This document shows, one piece after another, positions 20,385-31,012 of a stretch of 64,000 nucleotides of DNA. Below the pieces are notes generated by a model. It saw only the letters and a list, made by a program, of their open reading frames with translations, had not been told where the DNA came from and made no database searches. The position numbers and the translations under genes were made by a program. This DNA is from Alphaproteobacteria bacterium (GTDB taxonomy: Bacteria > Pseudomonadota > Alphaproteobacteria > UBA828), in assembly GCA_965214705.1 (NCBI GenBank), contig OZ243972.1, positions 3,936,001-4,000,000 on the forward strand, given 5' to 3'. How positions within the stretch are numbered: position 1 is the stretch's first letter; every line of letters starts with the position of its first letter.

Positions 20385-21230
20385 ATGAGCGCACGCAGCT
20401 ACTTCACGCCGGTGGCGGGCCTTCCGCCGCAGCAGACGCTGTTGACCGATCGCGCCGTGATTACCGAGGCGTACACGGTCATTCCGCGCGGCGTGCTGCG
20501 CGACATCGTCACCAGCTACTTCCCGCACTGGCAGGGCGCTCGCGCGTGGGTGCTGTCGCGTCCGGTCGCGGGTTTCGCGACGACGTTTTCCCAGTCCATC
20601 GTCGAGCTCGAGCCAGGCGGCGGCAGCGAGCGGCCCGAGCCGGACGGCCACGTCGAATGCGTGCTGTTCGTCATGGCCGGTAAATTGCGGCTCACGCTCG
20701 ATAATGCAGATCACACGCTGTCACCCGGCGGCTATGCCTACGTCGCGGCGGGAACGCGCTGGACGGTCGCCAACGCTGGACCCGAGCCCGCCTGCTTCCA
20801 CTGGATCCGAAAGGCGTATCAGCTCCTGGACGGTATCGATGCGCCCGAGTGCTTCGTTACCTCCGACCACGATGTCGAGCCGGTGCCGATGCCGGACACA
20901 GACGGCGCCTGGGCGACCACGCGATTCGTAGACTCGGGCGACCTGCGCCACGACATGCACGTGAACATCGTGACCTTTCAGCCGGGAGGGTCCATTCCCT
21001 TCGCCGAGACCCACGTCATGGAGCACGGGCTCTACGTGCTCGAGGGCAAGGCCGTGTACCGGCTCAACCAGGATTGGGTGGAGGTCGAGGCCGGTGACTA
21101 CATGTGGCTGCGCGCCTTCTGTCCCCAGGCCTGCTACGCCGGCGGACCGGGGCTCTTCCGTTACCTGCTGTACAAGGATGTGAACCGCATTCCAACGCTC
21201 CCCGTCCCCGGAGCGCCCGCGCCCGCGTAG
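20385..21230 (+). CDS. allE: (S)-ureidoglycine aminohydrolase (bicupin)
   Basis: DMHVNIVTFQPGG.IPFAETHVMEHGLYVLEG, FCPQACYAGG, YLLYKDVNR. Confidence 0.9.
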   Translation: MSARSYFTPVAGLPPQQTLLTDRAVITEAYTVIPRGVLRDIVTSYFPHWQGARAWVLSRPVAGFATTFSQSIVELEPGGGSERPEPDGHVECVLFVMAGKLRLTLDNADHTLSPGGYAYVAAGTRWTVANAGPEPACFHWIRKAYQLLDGIDAPECFVTSDHDVEPVPMPDTDGAWATTRFVDSGDLRHDMHVNIVTFQPGGSIPFAETHVMEHGLYVLEGKAVYRLNQDWVEVEAGDYMWLRAFCPQACYAGGPGLFRYLLYKDVNRIPTLPVPGAPAPA

Positions 21231-21319
21231 GGCCAGGCGGTCCGTCGCCGACGGAATTCCCAGGCGGGGGTCGCCCGGAACCGACTGCCCCCTCGTCGTG
21301 GACGACGGACACCCTGCAC

Positions 21320-22114
21320 ATGCCCCTGGCGCAGATCGAAGGCGGCGACATCCACTACGAGGAAAGCGGCAGCGGCGCGGTGCTGGCGATGCTGCTGCCG
21401 CAGAGTACCGGGCCAATCGGCGTGGGTCCGTTTTGCGACAGATTGGAGGGACGCTTCCGGGTGGTCCGCTACGACCAGCGCGGCACCGGCCGCAGCGGAC
21501 CCGTGGCCGTGCCCGAGGGCATGACCATGGCGGGCCGCGCGGCGGAGCTTGCGCAGCTTTTCGACGCGCTGGAGATCGACAGAGCGCACCTGTTTTGCCA
21601 CTCCACCGGCTGCGGCATCGGCCTGTCGCTGGCCGCGGCCTGCCCGGACCGGGTTGCCGGGCTGGTGCTGGCAAATCCGTGGAGCCACGGCGATGCGCAT
21701 CTGACAGCGATGCAACGTCTGCGCGTGGCGGCCGCGCGGGCGCTCGACCCGTACTGCTACGCTTGGTTCAACGCCAGCCTGCTGTTTCCGCCCGACTACC
21801 GTCGCGCGCACGCAGAGGCATTCGAGAATTTAGCCCGGAACGCGGCGCCGCAGGATGCCGACCGGATCGAGGGCAGGCTGGAGGCGATCCTGGCTTTCGA
21901 CGCTCGACCGCTGGCACCGGGCCTGACTTGCCCCACCCTGGTCGTGACTGCGGCCGATGACCAGCTGATGCCGCCCTGGTTCGGCGCGGAACTCGCGGCG
22001 CTGTTCCCCGGTGCGGCCCATCGCGCGCTGGACGGCGGCGGCCACATGCTGCCGGAGACGCGCGGCGACGCGCTGGCCAGCACGGTTACGGAATTTTTCG
22101 ACAGGGTATCCTGA
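21320..22114 (+). CDS. Alpha/beta hydrolase (RutD-like)
   Basis: YDQRGTGRS, CHSTG nucleophile elbow, DDQL, GGH. Confidence 0.8.
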   Translation: MPLAQIEGGDIHYEESGSGAVLAMLLPQSTGPIGVGPFCDRLEGRFRVVRYDQRGTGRSGPVAVPEGMTMAGRAAELAQLFDALEIDRAHLFCHSTGCGIGLSLAAACPDRVAGLVLANPWSHGDAHLTAMQRLRVAAARALDPYCYAWFNASLLFPPDYRRAHAEAFENLARNAAPQDADRIEGRLEAILAFDARPLAPGLTCPTLVVTAADDQLMPPWFGAELAALFPGAAHRALDGGGHMLPETRGDALASTVTEFFDRVS

Positions 22115-22219
22115 ACCCTTCAGCCGCGTCCGTGCGGTGACGAGGCTTGTTCATGAACGCAGACCAAGAGGCTCGATTCTCTACGCCCGATGTCGCGTAT
22201 TCGAGATGGCGGGCGGTGG

Positions 22220-23167
22220 TCAGCGCCGGGCTTTGTCCCTGGCGAGGTGGCGGAACAGCTCCTCCTCGCGTTCCTTGAGCAACGCCGCGCCGTCGCGCGC
22301 GCTCCAGTCGTACAACCCCCGGCCTGAGGGCAGGCCGCGATGCCCCGCATCCACCAGCTGGGTCACCGCCGCAGCGGGCTGAGAGTTCGTATTCAGGTGC
22401 GGGATGAGGTACGCGCCGAACGCGTGCAGCGTATCGAGGCCGCCGACGTCGGCAGACTCGATGGGGCCGGTGATCGCGAGACGCCGCCCGATGGAGGCTT
22501 TCACCACCGTGTCGATCGCCTTGGCCGACGCCGCGCCCTCTGCCCAAAGCGCCCAGGCCTCGCGCAGGATCGCGTACTGAAGCCGGTTGCCGATGAAGCC
22601 CGGAACCTCCTTGTCGACGATCACCGGCTCCTTCCCGGCCGCCCGCAGCACGTCGCAGAGCCAGGGCGCCACGTCCGGATCGGTCTCCGGTCCGGCGCAG
22701 ACTTCGACCAGGGGAATGAGCTGCGGCGGGTACCAGAAGTGGGCGGCGACCACACGCCCGCGATGCGTGACGTTAGACACGAGCTCGCTCGCGGGCTGCC
22801 CGCTCCCAGAGGCGAAGACGGCGGGCGGCGCGCAGATCGTGTCGAGCCGCCCGTACACCTCGTCCTGGACCGCACGATCGGCTGGCACCGCCTCGAGGAC
22901 GAGCTGCGCCGCCGCCGCGTCCTCGAGATCGGTCGAGGTCCGGATGCGTCCCAGGGTGGCGCTCACGTCACCGGACGTGACGAGCCCGTGTGCTTCGAAG
23001 GCGGCGAGGCTCTTCGCAATCCTCTCCATCGCCGCGGCGAGGCTCCCCTCGCGCCGGCCGATCATGACGACCCGGTGGCCCACAGCCGCGAAAATCTGGG
23101 CCATGCCGTGGCCGACGAGGCCGTTGCCCACGACGGCGACGGTATCGAGCGTTGCAGGAACAGTCAT
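22220..23167 (-). CDS. 3-hydroxyacyl-CoA dehydrogenase family protein
   Basis: VGNGLVGHG Rossmann, HFWYPPQLIPLVEV, PGFIGNRLQ. Confidence 0.9.
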   Translation of the reverse strand: MTVPATLDTVAVVGNGLVGHGMAQIFAAVGHRVVMIGRREGSLAAAMERIAKSLAAFEAHGLVTSGDVSATLGRIRTSTDLEDAAAAQLVLEAVPADRAVQDEVYGRLDTICAPPAVFASGSGQPASELVSNVTHRGRVVAAHFWYPPQLIPLVEVCAGPETDPDVAPWLCDVLRAAGKEPVIVDKEVPGFIGNRLQYAILREAWALWAEGAASAKAIDTVVKASIGRRLAITGPIESADVGGLDTLHAFGAYLIPHLNTNSQPAAAVTQLVDAGHRGLPSGRGLYDWSARDGAALLKEREEELFRHLARDKARR

Positions 23168-23265
23168 CGACCTCTCCTTCCCATGCGGTTGCCGCCGCGC
23201 CGAGCCAATCCTCAAGCCGCAATGCTACCGCCAACACCGTCAGCATAAGCGAGGCTACTGTTCTT

Positions 23266-23511
23266 TCAGCGCCACACCGCGCGGACCACGCTCAAGTAGT
23301 TCTCGCCCAGGATACCCCGCACCTCCCGTTCGGCGTATCCGCGCTCCAGCAGGCCTTCGGTCACCTCGGGCAGTTGTTCGGGCTGGAAGAACGCGGTCAG
23401 CGGCTTCTCATAGTCTGCCCAGTATTTTTCCTTGTTTGCCTCGAAGACGCGGGTGAAGCCTTCGACGTCGTAGACGAGGTCAATCCCGAGCCCGACATGC
23501 TCGGGACCCAT
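23266..23511 (-). pseudogene. C-terminal remnant of membrane dipeptidase (M19)
   Basis: GPEHVGLGID...RGY...ILGENYL; N-terminus missing next to IS630. Confidence 0.75.
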
Positions 23512-24099
23512 CCAGTGGGCGGCGTCCGAGGGCGAGAGCGATACGGGTGTTGCTCGCTAGAGCATTTTTCGATCTTAGAGAATCTTTAGAATTTTCAATC
23601 GCTTGGAAATGTGATTCAAGACGCGGGCTGGTGAAGGAGGCCAGCCTGCATGACACGACCTCTTTCGAATGATCTGCGCCGCCGGGTGGTGACGGCGGTG
23701 GTCGATGGCGGCATGTCCCGCCGGGGCGCGGCGAGACGCTTCGGCATCGCGCCGTCGACGGCGATCAAGTGGGTCGATGCCTGGCGCCGCACGGGCAGCT
23801 ATCGGCCGAGGGCGCAGGGCGGCGACAGGCGCTCGCAGCGGATCGAGGCGCGGGCCGAGGTGGTCCTCGCACTGGTGGAAGAGACCCCGGACATGACGCT
23901 GGCGGAGATCACCACCCATCTGGAGGACGAGCACGGGCTGCGGGTCTCCCAGAGCACCGTATGGCGCTTCTTCCACCGCCGGGGCATCACCTTCAAAAAC
24001 AGACATGGCCGGCGTGTAGCGATCCACCCCGGATGATGAAAGTCCGGTGCCTCGGTCGAGGGAATGAACGCTGCCCCTGCGTGGCATAGCGGCATTAGA

Positions 24100-24290
24100 G
24101 TCACGGTCGGTGGAGGCGGCACAATGGCCGTCGTTTTAGTGGTGAGCACTGCTTCCCGATCAAAAACTGGCCCCGGCCGGTCGGCTCCGAGCCCCGGATT
24201 GTTCCCGGCCGCCGAGCCGTGGACGCGCGGCAAACCGCACCGCACCCGAGGCGGGTGTGTGTTCAGTCCGACCGGCCCGTCCGCCTCCGC
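24100..24290 (+). ncRNA. Putative bridge/seek RNA of IS110 (limits approximate)
   Basis: Structured non-coding left end with target-like ATCAAAAA and donor-like CGGCAAA/TGTT segments. Confidence 0.55.
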
Positions 24291-24314
24291 CTTCCCCAAG
24301 CGAGAGGTGAGATC

Positions 24315-25577
24315 ATGAGAACCGACACACTGCACGTCGTCCATGCTCGTGCCGCCGGCATTGACGTGCACAAGATGCAGATCACCACATCGATCCGCAT
24401 CTGTGCACCCGGCGGCGGCGAGCCGCAGATCGCGACGCGGACCTTCGAGGCTCTGCCCAGCGGCATCGACGAGATGGTGGCATGGATGCTCGCGCGCAAA
24501 GTCGATGCCGCAGTGATGGAGGGCACCGGCATCTACTGGGTGGCACCGTTCGAAGCGCTGGAGGCGGCCGGCATCTCCGTGGTGCTGGTCAACGCCCGGC
24601 AGGTCAAGCAGCTGAAGGGCCGCAAGACCGATGTGGCGGACAGCGTCTGGCTGGCGCGGGTCTGTCAGTTCGGTCTGGCAAGCCCCAGCCACGTGCCGCC
24701 CAAGGCGTTCCGGGAGATGCGCGCACTTACCCGCTACCGGCGCGCCCTCGTCGGTCAGCGCAGCCGGGTGCGCAATCGGGTGCAGAAGGTCCTGGACCGC
24801 AGCGGCGTGCGCGTCGGCGGTGTCCTCTCCGACGTCTTCGGCACGAACGGGAGACGGGTTCTCGACGGCTTGGCTGAGGGGCTCGGACCGGACGCCATCC
24901 TGGCCTCGCTCAGCCACCATGTGGCGCACAAGGTCGAGCGGCTCGGCGACGCCCTCAGCCTCTCCCTCAGCGCTGCGGACCGCCTGATCCTGTGCGATCT
25001 GCTTCGCGAGCACGATGCGCTGGAGGAGCGCATCCAGGGGTTCGACCGGGCCATCGACGATGGCTTCGTGCCCTGGGAGGACCGCATCCTGCTTCTCCAG
25101 ACCATCCCCGGGATCGACCGGGCCTCGGCCTGCGCCATCCTCGCCGAGATCGGCCCCGACCTCGACGCCTTCGGCTCCACTGATCGGCTTGCCGCATGGG
25201 CCGGTCTCTGTCCCGGCAACAGCCAAAGCGCCGGAAAGCGCCGTGCCGCCCGCACACGCATGGGCAGCAAGACCCTGCGCGCCGTGCTCGTCGAATGCGC
25301 TCATGGCGCGGCGCGAACCCATGGCTGCCAGTTCCGCGGCTACCACAAGGCTCTCATGATCCGACGCGGTTACAAGCGGGCCATCGTCGCCACCGCGCAC
25401 AAGATGCTGCGGGTCCTCTACGTCGTGTTGCGCGACGCCAAGCCTTACTACGATCCGGAAGCCGACTACGAAGCCCTCATGGTCAGGCGAAATGCCCCGC
25501 GCTGGATCCGCATGCTCCGCCGGCACGGCTTGCTCGAGCCCGGTCGTATCCCAACTGCCATGGCCGCGACCGCCTGA
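24315..25577 (+). CDS. IS110 DEDD recombinase
   Basis: GIDVHK, MEGTGIYW, KTDVADS, TIPGI, GLCP..SQSAGK; GAGGTG RBS. Confidence 0.95.
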   Translation: MRTDTLHVVHARAAGIDVHKMQITTSIRICAPGGGEPQIATRTFEALPSGIDEMVAWMLARKVDAAVMEGTGIYWVAPFEALEAAGISVVLVNARQVKQLKGRKTDVADSVWLARVCQFGLASPSHVPPKAFREMRALTRYRRALVGQRSRVRNRVQKVLDRSGVRVGGVLSDVFGTNGRRVLDGLAEGLGPDAILASLSHHVAHKVERLGDALSLSLSAADRLILCDLLREHDALEERIQGFDRAIDDGFVPWEDRILLLQTIPGIDRASACAILAEIGPDLDAFGSTDRLAAWAGLCPGNSQSAGKRRAARTRMGSKTLRAVLVECAHGAARTHGCQFRGYHKALMIRRGYKRAIVATAHKMLRVLYVVLRDAKPYYDPEADYEALMVRRNAPRWIRMLRRHGLLEPGRIPTAMAATA

Positions 25578-26352
25578 AGCATTACCTGGTCGGAGCACGG
25601 TCGGCACCGGGCCACAATCCAGGGCAGCCCGAAGTCCGACCGCGTCTCCAAGCACCGCGAGCGCGGCCTCACGCCGACAACGCGACGCCTCGTCGTAATT
25701 CCCCTACTCGTGCCCGTCCCGAAGAAACTTTCACGGCAAAACGGCGCACGCCAGCGAGCAGCAACGCGCTGACGTGCTCAGGCGCAGGCGCGCCTGGGTC
25801 GAAGCCCAGCCCGGGCTCGACCCTGAGAAGCTGGTCTTCGTGGATGAGACCGGTGCTTCCACCAAAATGGCGCGGCGCTCAGGCCGAGCTTTGCGCGGAC
25901 ACCGCTGCCGCGCTCCGGTGCCTCATGGCCATTGGAAGACCACGACCTTCGTCGGCGCGCTGAGGCTGAGCGGAATGACCGCGCCCATGGTGCTCGACGG
26001 CGCCATGCACGGCGTCGCCTTCCTCGCCTACGTAGACAAGGTGCTGGTGCCGACACTTAAACCCGGCGATATCGTGGTGATGGACAACCTTGCCTGCCAC
26101 CGCAGTGCCGCCGCCCGCGAGGCTATCCAAAGGGCCGGGGCCGAGCTCCGCTTCCTGCCGCCCTACAGCCCCGACTTCAACCCGATCGAGATGGCCTTCT
26201 CCAAGCTCAAGGCCTCCCTCAAGCGCCGCGCAGCCCGCACCCTTCCAGAACTCTGGGACGCCATCGGCGAAGCCACAGACAACTTCACACCCGCCGAGTG
26301 CCAAAACTACTTCGCTGCTGCAGGATATGACCACGTATGATCGGATAGTGCT

Positions 26353-27432
26353 CTAGTTGTGGTTGGCGTGAGCACCATTGTTGGGGGCGGGGGCAGGGGC
26401 CTCCGCGCTGGGAGGCCATGTGTCGCTGAGTCTATAGCCCTCCGGCCATGGATCGCGCGGGTCGAGGTGGAGTTAGGTCGTACCGGTCAGCCAGGCACGA
26501 CCCGAGATCGACGGCAGGATCGCCGGGCGTCCGTCCAAGGTGGTTTCCCCCTCGATGCGGCAGTCGAAGACGGAATCGATGATCGACACTCCGCGGAAGC
26601 GGTCGCCGAGCCCGAGTTCGCCCCGCGCGTGCAGCACCGCCATGCGTGCCGAGCAGCCGGTACCGGTCGGACTGCGGTCGATCTTGCCCGGCCGGATTAC
26701 CACCGCGTTGCGGCCCGTCGGAACGCCGTCGATGCTCTGAAGCGGCGCCGCGATCTGGCAGAACGAGATATGCCGCCAATCGGGGTTTTCGGGATGGACG
26801 AAGCCCAACTGCTCGTTGGCGGCACGGGTGATCCGAATCCCCGTCTCGACGATGTCCCGCGCTTCGTCAGGGCTGAGTGCGAAGCCGAGCGCCTCCGAAT
26901 CCACCAGCACGAAGCTGTCGCCGCCATAAGCGGTGTCCACAGTGAGCGTTCCGAGCCCTTCCACCTCGAGCGCGGCCCCAAGCCGCGCCGCGAAGGAAGC
27001 CACGTTGTGCACGCGGACGGAGTCGACCCGCCCCTCGTTGCAGGCGGCATGCACCCGGATGAGGCCGCCAGGTGCTTCCAGAGTCATCACCGTCTCGGGT
27101 TCGGTCATCGGCAAGATGCCTGTTTCCAGTAACACCGTGGCGACGCAGAGGCTATTCGATCCCGACATCGGCGGCGTGTCCTCGGGCTCCATGATGATGA
27201 AGCCCATGTCGGCGCGAGGATCCTTCGGCGGCACCAGCAGGTTGACATGTCGGAACACGCCGCCGCGTGGCTCGTTCAACACGAAGCGGCGGAGCGACTG
27301 GTCGCGGGCGATGAAGCGTGACTGCTCCCAGAGCGTGTCACCTGGCGGCGGGGCGACGCCGCCGATGATGACATCGCCCACCTCGCCTTCCGCATGGCAG
27401 CCGACGATTTGCACGAGGCGTTGCGATCGCAT
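26353..27432 (-). pseudogene. Proline racemase family protein with premature TAA near the C-terminus
   Basis: [24 protein letters not shown]; family-like tail [20 protein letters not shown] continues in frame after TAA at 26473-26475. Confidence 0.85.
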
Positions 27433-27566
27433 TGTTCACTCCACGATGAGGTCGATGCCGGCGCTGATCTCTGCGCCCGGATCCTCGGCGAAGGCCAGTA
27501 ATATAGCCCTTGCCCGATTGCTCGAGAGTGGTCGTCGCGCACGCGCTCTCGGAGGAGCGCCGGTGC

Positions 27567-28871
27567 TTATTCAATCCCCATGACCAGCCTGGGCAGTGCC
27601 AGCGAGAGGTCGGGAATGAATGTGACGATCAGCACCATGGGCAGGTGACCCAAACACAACAGCTTCATCGTTGGCACGACGTACTTGTCCAGCGAGAGCT
27701 TGCTGATCCCCGCCGCCATGTAAAGCATGGGCGCGCACGGCGGCGAGACGTTCCCGAGCCCGAGATTAGTGCCGACGATCGCCGCGAAGTGGATGGGATG
27801 GACGCCGATCTCCGTCGCCACCGGCAGCAGCACGATCGCCGCGAGCACGCTGCCTGACACGTCGACCACGATCATGCCGATCAACAGCAGGATCAGGTTG
27901 ATCATCAGGAGCACGAAAATGCGGTTTTCGGTCAGCGCGATCAGCGCGTCCGCCACGTCCTTCGGCACTTGTTCCAGAATCATCGCGCGGCTCATGACGA
28001 ACAGGAAGAACAGCACCGCGATGATCGATCCTGTGGTGACCGCTGCGCGCCCGATGGCCTTGGGGAAGTTCTGCAATGTGAGGCCCCGGTAGAACACGAA
28101 GCCCACGACCACCGTGTAGACGAAGGCGATCGCGGCGGCCTCGGTCGGTGTCGCGATACCGGAGTAGATGCTGCCGAGGATGAAGACCGGCAGCAGCAGC
28201 GCCCAGAAGGCCTTGGCGCCCGTGGTGCCCACGCGGCGCACCGCGACGCGGGCCGGAACCCGTTCCTCGACCGTGATGGTCTTCACCTTGCGCAGGAACA
28301 GGAAGTTCAAGCCGACATAGACGACTGTCAGCAAGACGCCGGGAATGATGGTTGAGAGAAAGGCAGCACCCACCGAGATTCCGCCAGTGACGGCAAAGAC
28401 GATCATGGGAATGGAGGGCGGGATCATGAGTGCCAAAACCGAGGAGCAGGCCACCAGCGCGGTCGCATGGCCGGGCGGATATCCCTCCCGCACCATGCGC
28501 GGAATCATGATCGACCCGATGGCGGCGATGGCCGCCGATGACGAGCCGGAGATCGCGCCGAACAGCGCACAAGTGACGATGGTCACGGCGCCGAGTCCAC
28601 CCTTCAGCCTGCCGACCAGCGCGTTCACGAAGTTGAGCAGGCGGTCGGACATCCCCCCTTCGGCCATGATGGTGCCGGCCATCACGAAGAGCGGCAGCGC
28701 GAGCAGGGCGAAGCTCGAGGTCGTCTGGTAGGCGAAGGGGATGAGGAAGGAGATGTCCGAGCCGGACGCGAGGCCGAACACCAGCGCGCCGATGCCGAAG
28801 GCGAACGCGATCGGCATCTCCGACAAGAGCAGTATGACGACGAGCGCGATAGAGCCGAGAAAGACGAGCAC
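27567..28871 (-). CDS. dctM: TRAP transporter large permease
   Basis: LLALPLF, FGAISGSS, IPPSIPMI, ATPTEAA. Confidence 0.93.
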   Translation of the reverse strand: MLVFLGSIALVVILLLSEMPIAFAFGIGALVFGLASGSDISFLIPFAYQTTSSFALLALPLFVMAGTIMAEGGMSDRLLNFVNALVGRLKGGLGAVTIVTCALFGAISGSSSAAIAAIGSIMIPRMVREGYPPGHATALVACSSVLALMIPPSIPMIVFAVTGGISVGAAFLSTIIPGVLLTVVYVGLNFLFLRKVKTITVEERVPARVAVRRVGTTGAKAFWALLLPVFILGSIYSGIATPTEAAAIAFVYTVVVGFVFYRGLTLQNFPKAIGRAAVTTGSIIAVLFFLFVMSRAMILEQVPKDVADALIALTENRIFVLLMINLILLLIGMIVVDVSGSVLAAIVLLPVATEIGVHPIHFAAIVGTNLGLGNVSPPCAPMLYMAAGISKLSLDKYVVPTMKLLCLGHLPMVLIVTFIPDLSLALPRLVMGIE

Positions 28872-28873
28872 GG

Positions 28874-29518
28874 TTATCTCCGCCTGGACGCGCGGAGACG
28901 GACTTGCAGATCCAGGAACTGGTGGACCGCCTGAAGCAGCATGTAGACCGTGGTCGCGACGAAGCCGACGATGAGCGAGGCCGACCACAACCCCTTGGGC
29001 CAGCGCATGTAGGAGCTCAGCCGGCCGGTCCCGATCTCGAAGAGCGCGTACTTGATCGCGAAGTAGCCGAAGATCGCGCAAGCGCCGACGCTGAGCACGG
29101 TCACGACCAAGCGGACGGCCTGCACGGCGGTCGGATTGCGCACGACCATGGTCAGGATGCCGCCGTGGATGTGCTCGCCGTCACGGGTGACGTAGGCGAT
29201 GCCGAGGAAATAGAACCAGGCGCCGAAGAGCAGCGACAGCTCCTCGATCCCCACGAACGGCGAGGCGAAGGCGTAGCGCAGCACGACCTGGGTGAACATC
29301 AGCCCGGCGAGGGCGAGGCCGAAGGCGATGATGAAGACGTAGAGGACGCGCTGGACGATGGCCTCGACGGAGAGCACCCAGCGCAGCTTCTCCGCCAATG
29401 CGCCCGTGGGCAGTGGGCTCAGGCGCTCGGGCGGTTCGGACCGGTCATGATCGGGATCGTTGTCATTTGACGAGGCACCCTCGGAAGGTCGGGAGCGATG
29501 GTCCGACTTCCGGCTCAT
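28874..29518 (-). CDS. dctQ: TRAP transporter small permease
   Basis: QVVLRY, EEL, 4 TM segments, position between dctP and dctM. Confidence 0.88.
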   Translation of the reverse strand: MSRKSDHRSRPSEGASSNDNDPDHDRSEPPERLSPLPTGALAEKLRWVLSVEAIVQRVLYVFIIAFGLALAGLMFTQVVLRYAFASPFVGIEELSLLFGAWFYFLGIAYVTRDGEHIHGGILTMVVRNPTAVQAVRLVVTVLSVGACAIFGYFAIKYALFEIGTGRLSSYMRWPKGLWSASLIVGFVATTVYMLLQAVHQFLDLQVRLRASRRR

Positions 29519-29543
29519 GTCGGCGGGTCCCCGATCAAGAAGC

Positions 29544-29569
29544 CGTCCGGGTGCCGAAGCACCCGGACG
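29544..29569 (-). promoter_or_regulatory. Perfect 11-bp stem with cUUCGg loop after dctP (mRNA stabiliser or attenuator)
   Basis: CGTCCGGGTGC-TTCG-GCACCCGGACG on the minus strand. Confidence 0.6.
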
Positions 29570-29596
29570 CAGTCACTGGAGAATTCTCAGGAATCA

Positions 29597-30625
29597 CTAC
29601 TCGACGCCGACGACCTGCCGGATCTTGTCCATGATCTCCTTGCCAACGACGGCCTCCATCGCCGGCCACTCGTTGTCGTAGACGATCTGCTTTGCGGCGC
29701 TCATCTGCTCGTCGCTCAGCTCGACCACGTTGATGCCGGCATCGCGCGCCTTCTGCAGGAACTCGTCGCTCTTGCTCTTGGCCTCCTTCCAGGACCAGCC
29801 GATGGTGTTGTCGGCGGCGGCCTGCAAGGCGGTGCGATCTTCCTCGGAAAGGCCGTCCCACCAGTCCTTGTTCACGAGCCAGAAGGCGACCTCGAAGTAG
29901 TCGTTGGTAAGGATGTTGGCCTCGAGCACGTCGCGCAGCGTGTAGGTCTCGACCGCGGTCGAGAACGAACGCGCATCCACGGTCCCGAGCTGCAGGGCCG
30001 TGTGCACCTCGGAGAGCGGAATGGGCACCGCAGCGAAACCGAAGCTGTTGAAGCGGTCGACCGCGATCGCAAGCCCCGGAACGCGGATCTTCATGCCGGC
30101 GGGGTCATCCGGGAAGTTCATCGGAAGCTCGCCGACGCCCTTGCGGATCACCACGGAGCCGAAATCTGTCGGGATGATTCCAAGAGCGTACAGGCCGAGG
30201 TCGGCCAGCATGTCGTTGTACACGCCCAGCATGCCGGCGCCGGGGCCGTAGAGCGCCTCCGCGTCCTCCCAGTTGGAGACGATGTAGCCCAGGTAGATCA
30301 GGTCCAGCCGCGAGTCGAATTCCGACGAAGCCCAGGTCAGCGTCATCGGCACGACGCCCTGCATGGCCTGCTCGAACAGCGACGTCCAGTCGCCGAGATC
30401 GCCGCCCGGGTGATACTCGATCTCGATCCCGCTCTGGTCTGCCAGGTCGGCGATATACCGTTCCGAGATGGCGTGGAACACGTGATCGACGTTCATCGCG
30501 TGCGCGAAGATGAAGCTCTCCGCCGCGGCGGCCTTCTGAGTCTCGGCCTGAAAAGCCATCGCGCCGAGCGCAATTCCTGCCGCGGTCAGGCCGGGCAAGA
30601 CTAATTTGCGAAGTGGGGTATTCAT
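29597..30625 (-). CDS. dctP: TRAP solute-binding protein
   Basis: Signal peptide, GMKIRVP, EVHTALQLGTVD. Confidence 0.92.
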   Translation of the reverse strand: MNTPLRKLVLPGLTAAGIALGAMAFQAETQKAAAAESFIFAHAMNVDHVFHAISERYIADLADQSGIEIEYHPGGDLGDWTSLFEQAMQGVVPMTLTWASSEFDSRLDLIYLGYIVSNWEDAEALYGPGAGMLGVYNDMLADLGLYALGIIPTDFGSVVIRKGVGELPMNFPDDPAGMKIRVPGLAIAVDRFNSFGFAAVPIPLSEVHTALQLGTVDARSFSTAVETYTLRDVLEANILTNDYFEVAFWLVNKDWWDGLSEEDRTALQAAADNTIGWSWKEAKSKSDEFLQKARDAGINVVELSDEQMSAAKQIVYDNEWPAMEAVVGKEIMDKIRQVVGVE

Positions 30626-30693
30626 CGTTCCATCTCCTCTTCGTTGCACTGGTTGTCGAAACAAATTCCAGGGGCACTCCCTTCAAATCGCCC

Positions 30694-31002
30694 CTAAACC
30701 TTCACGTAGACTTGGCCGTCTTCCGCCTTCACGGGATAGGTGTTGAGATCGACGAAGGGCGGCGGCGAGATCACCTCTCCCGTCCGGATATCGAAGCGGC
30801 CCTGGTGAAGCGGGCACTCGATGACGTGGCCGGTTAGAAGCCCCTCCTCGAGGTGCTCCTCCTCGTGCGTGCACATGCCATCGGTGCAGTAAAAGCCGTC
30901 CTCGGCCTTGTAGATCGCGTAGGTTCGGCCCGCGTGGTCCCAGCGGATGAGGTCCTCATCCTCGATGTCGTCGCAGGCGCAGGCGCGAACCCAGTCGGCC
31001 AT
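30694..31002 (-). CDS. Rieske ferredoxin (MocE-like)
   Basis: CTHE...ECPLHQGRFD. Confidence 0.92.
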   Translation of the reverse strand: MADWVRACACDDIEDEDLIRWDHAGRTYAIYKAEDGFYCTDGMCTHEEEHLEEGLLTGHVIECPLHQGRFDIRTGEVISPPPFVDLNTYPVKAEDGQVYVKV

Positions 31003-31012
31003 CGTTGCTCTC

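Larger units (their letters stand above)
24000..25738 (+). mobile_element. IS110 family element inserted in the IS630 poly-A site
   Basis: IS630 sequence stops at TTCAAAAA (23999) and resumes at AAAACGGCG (~25738); no IRs. Confidence 0.9.
23558..26355 (+). mobile_element. IS630 family element (interrupted by IS110)
   Basis: Imperfect IRs TAGAGCATTTTTCGATC / GATCGGATAGTGCTCTA with TA ends; HTH orfA 23650-23999; DDE part ~25739-26340 ([19 protein letters not shown]). Confidence 0.93.
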
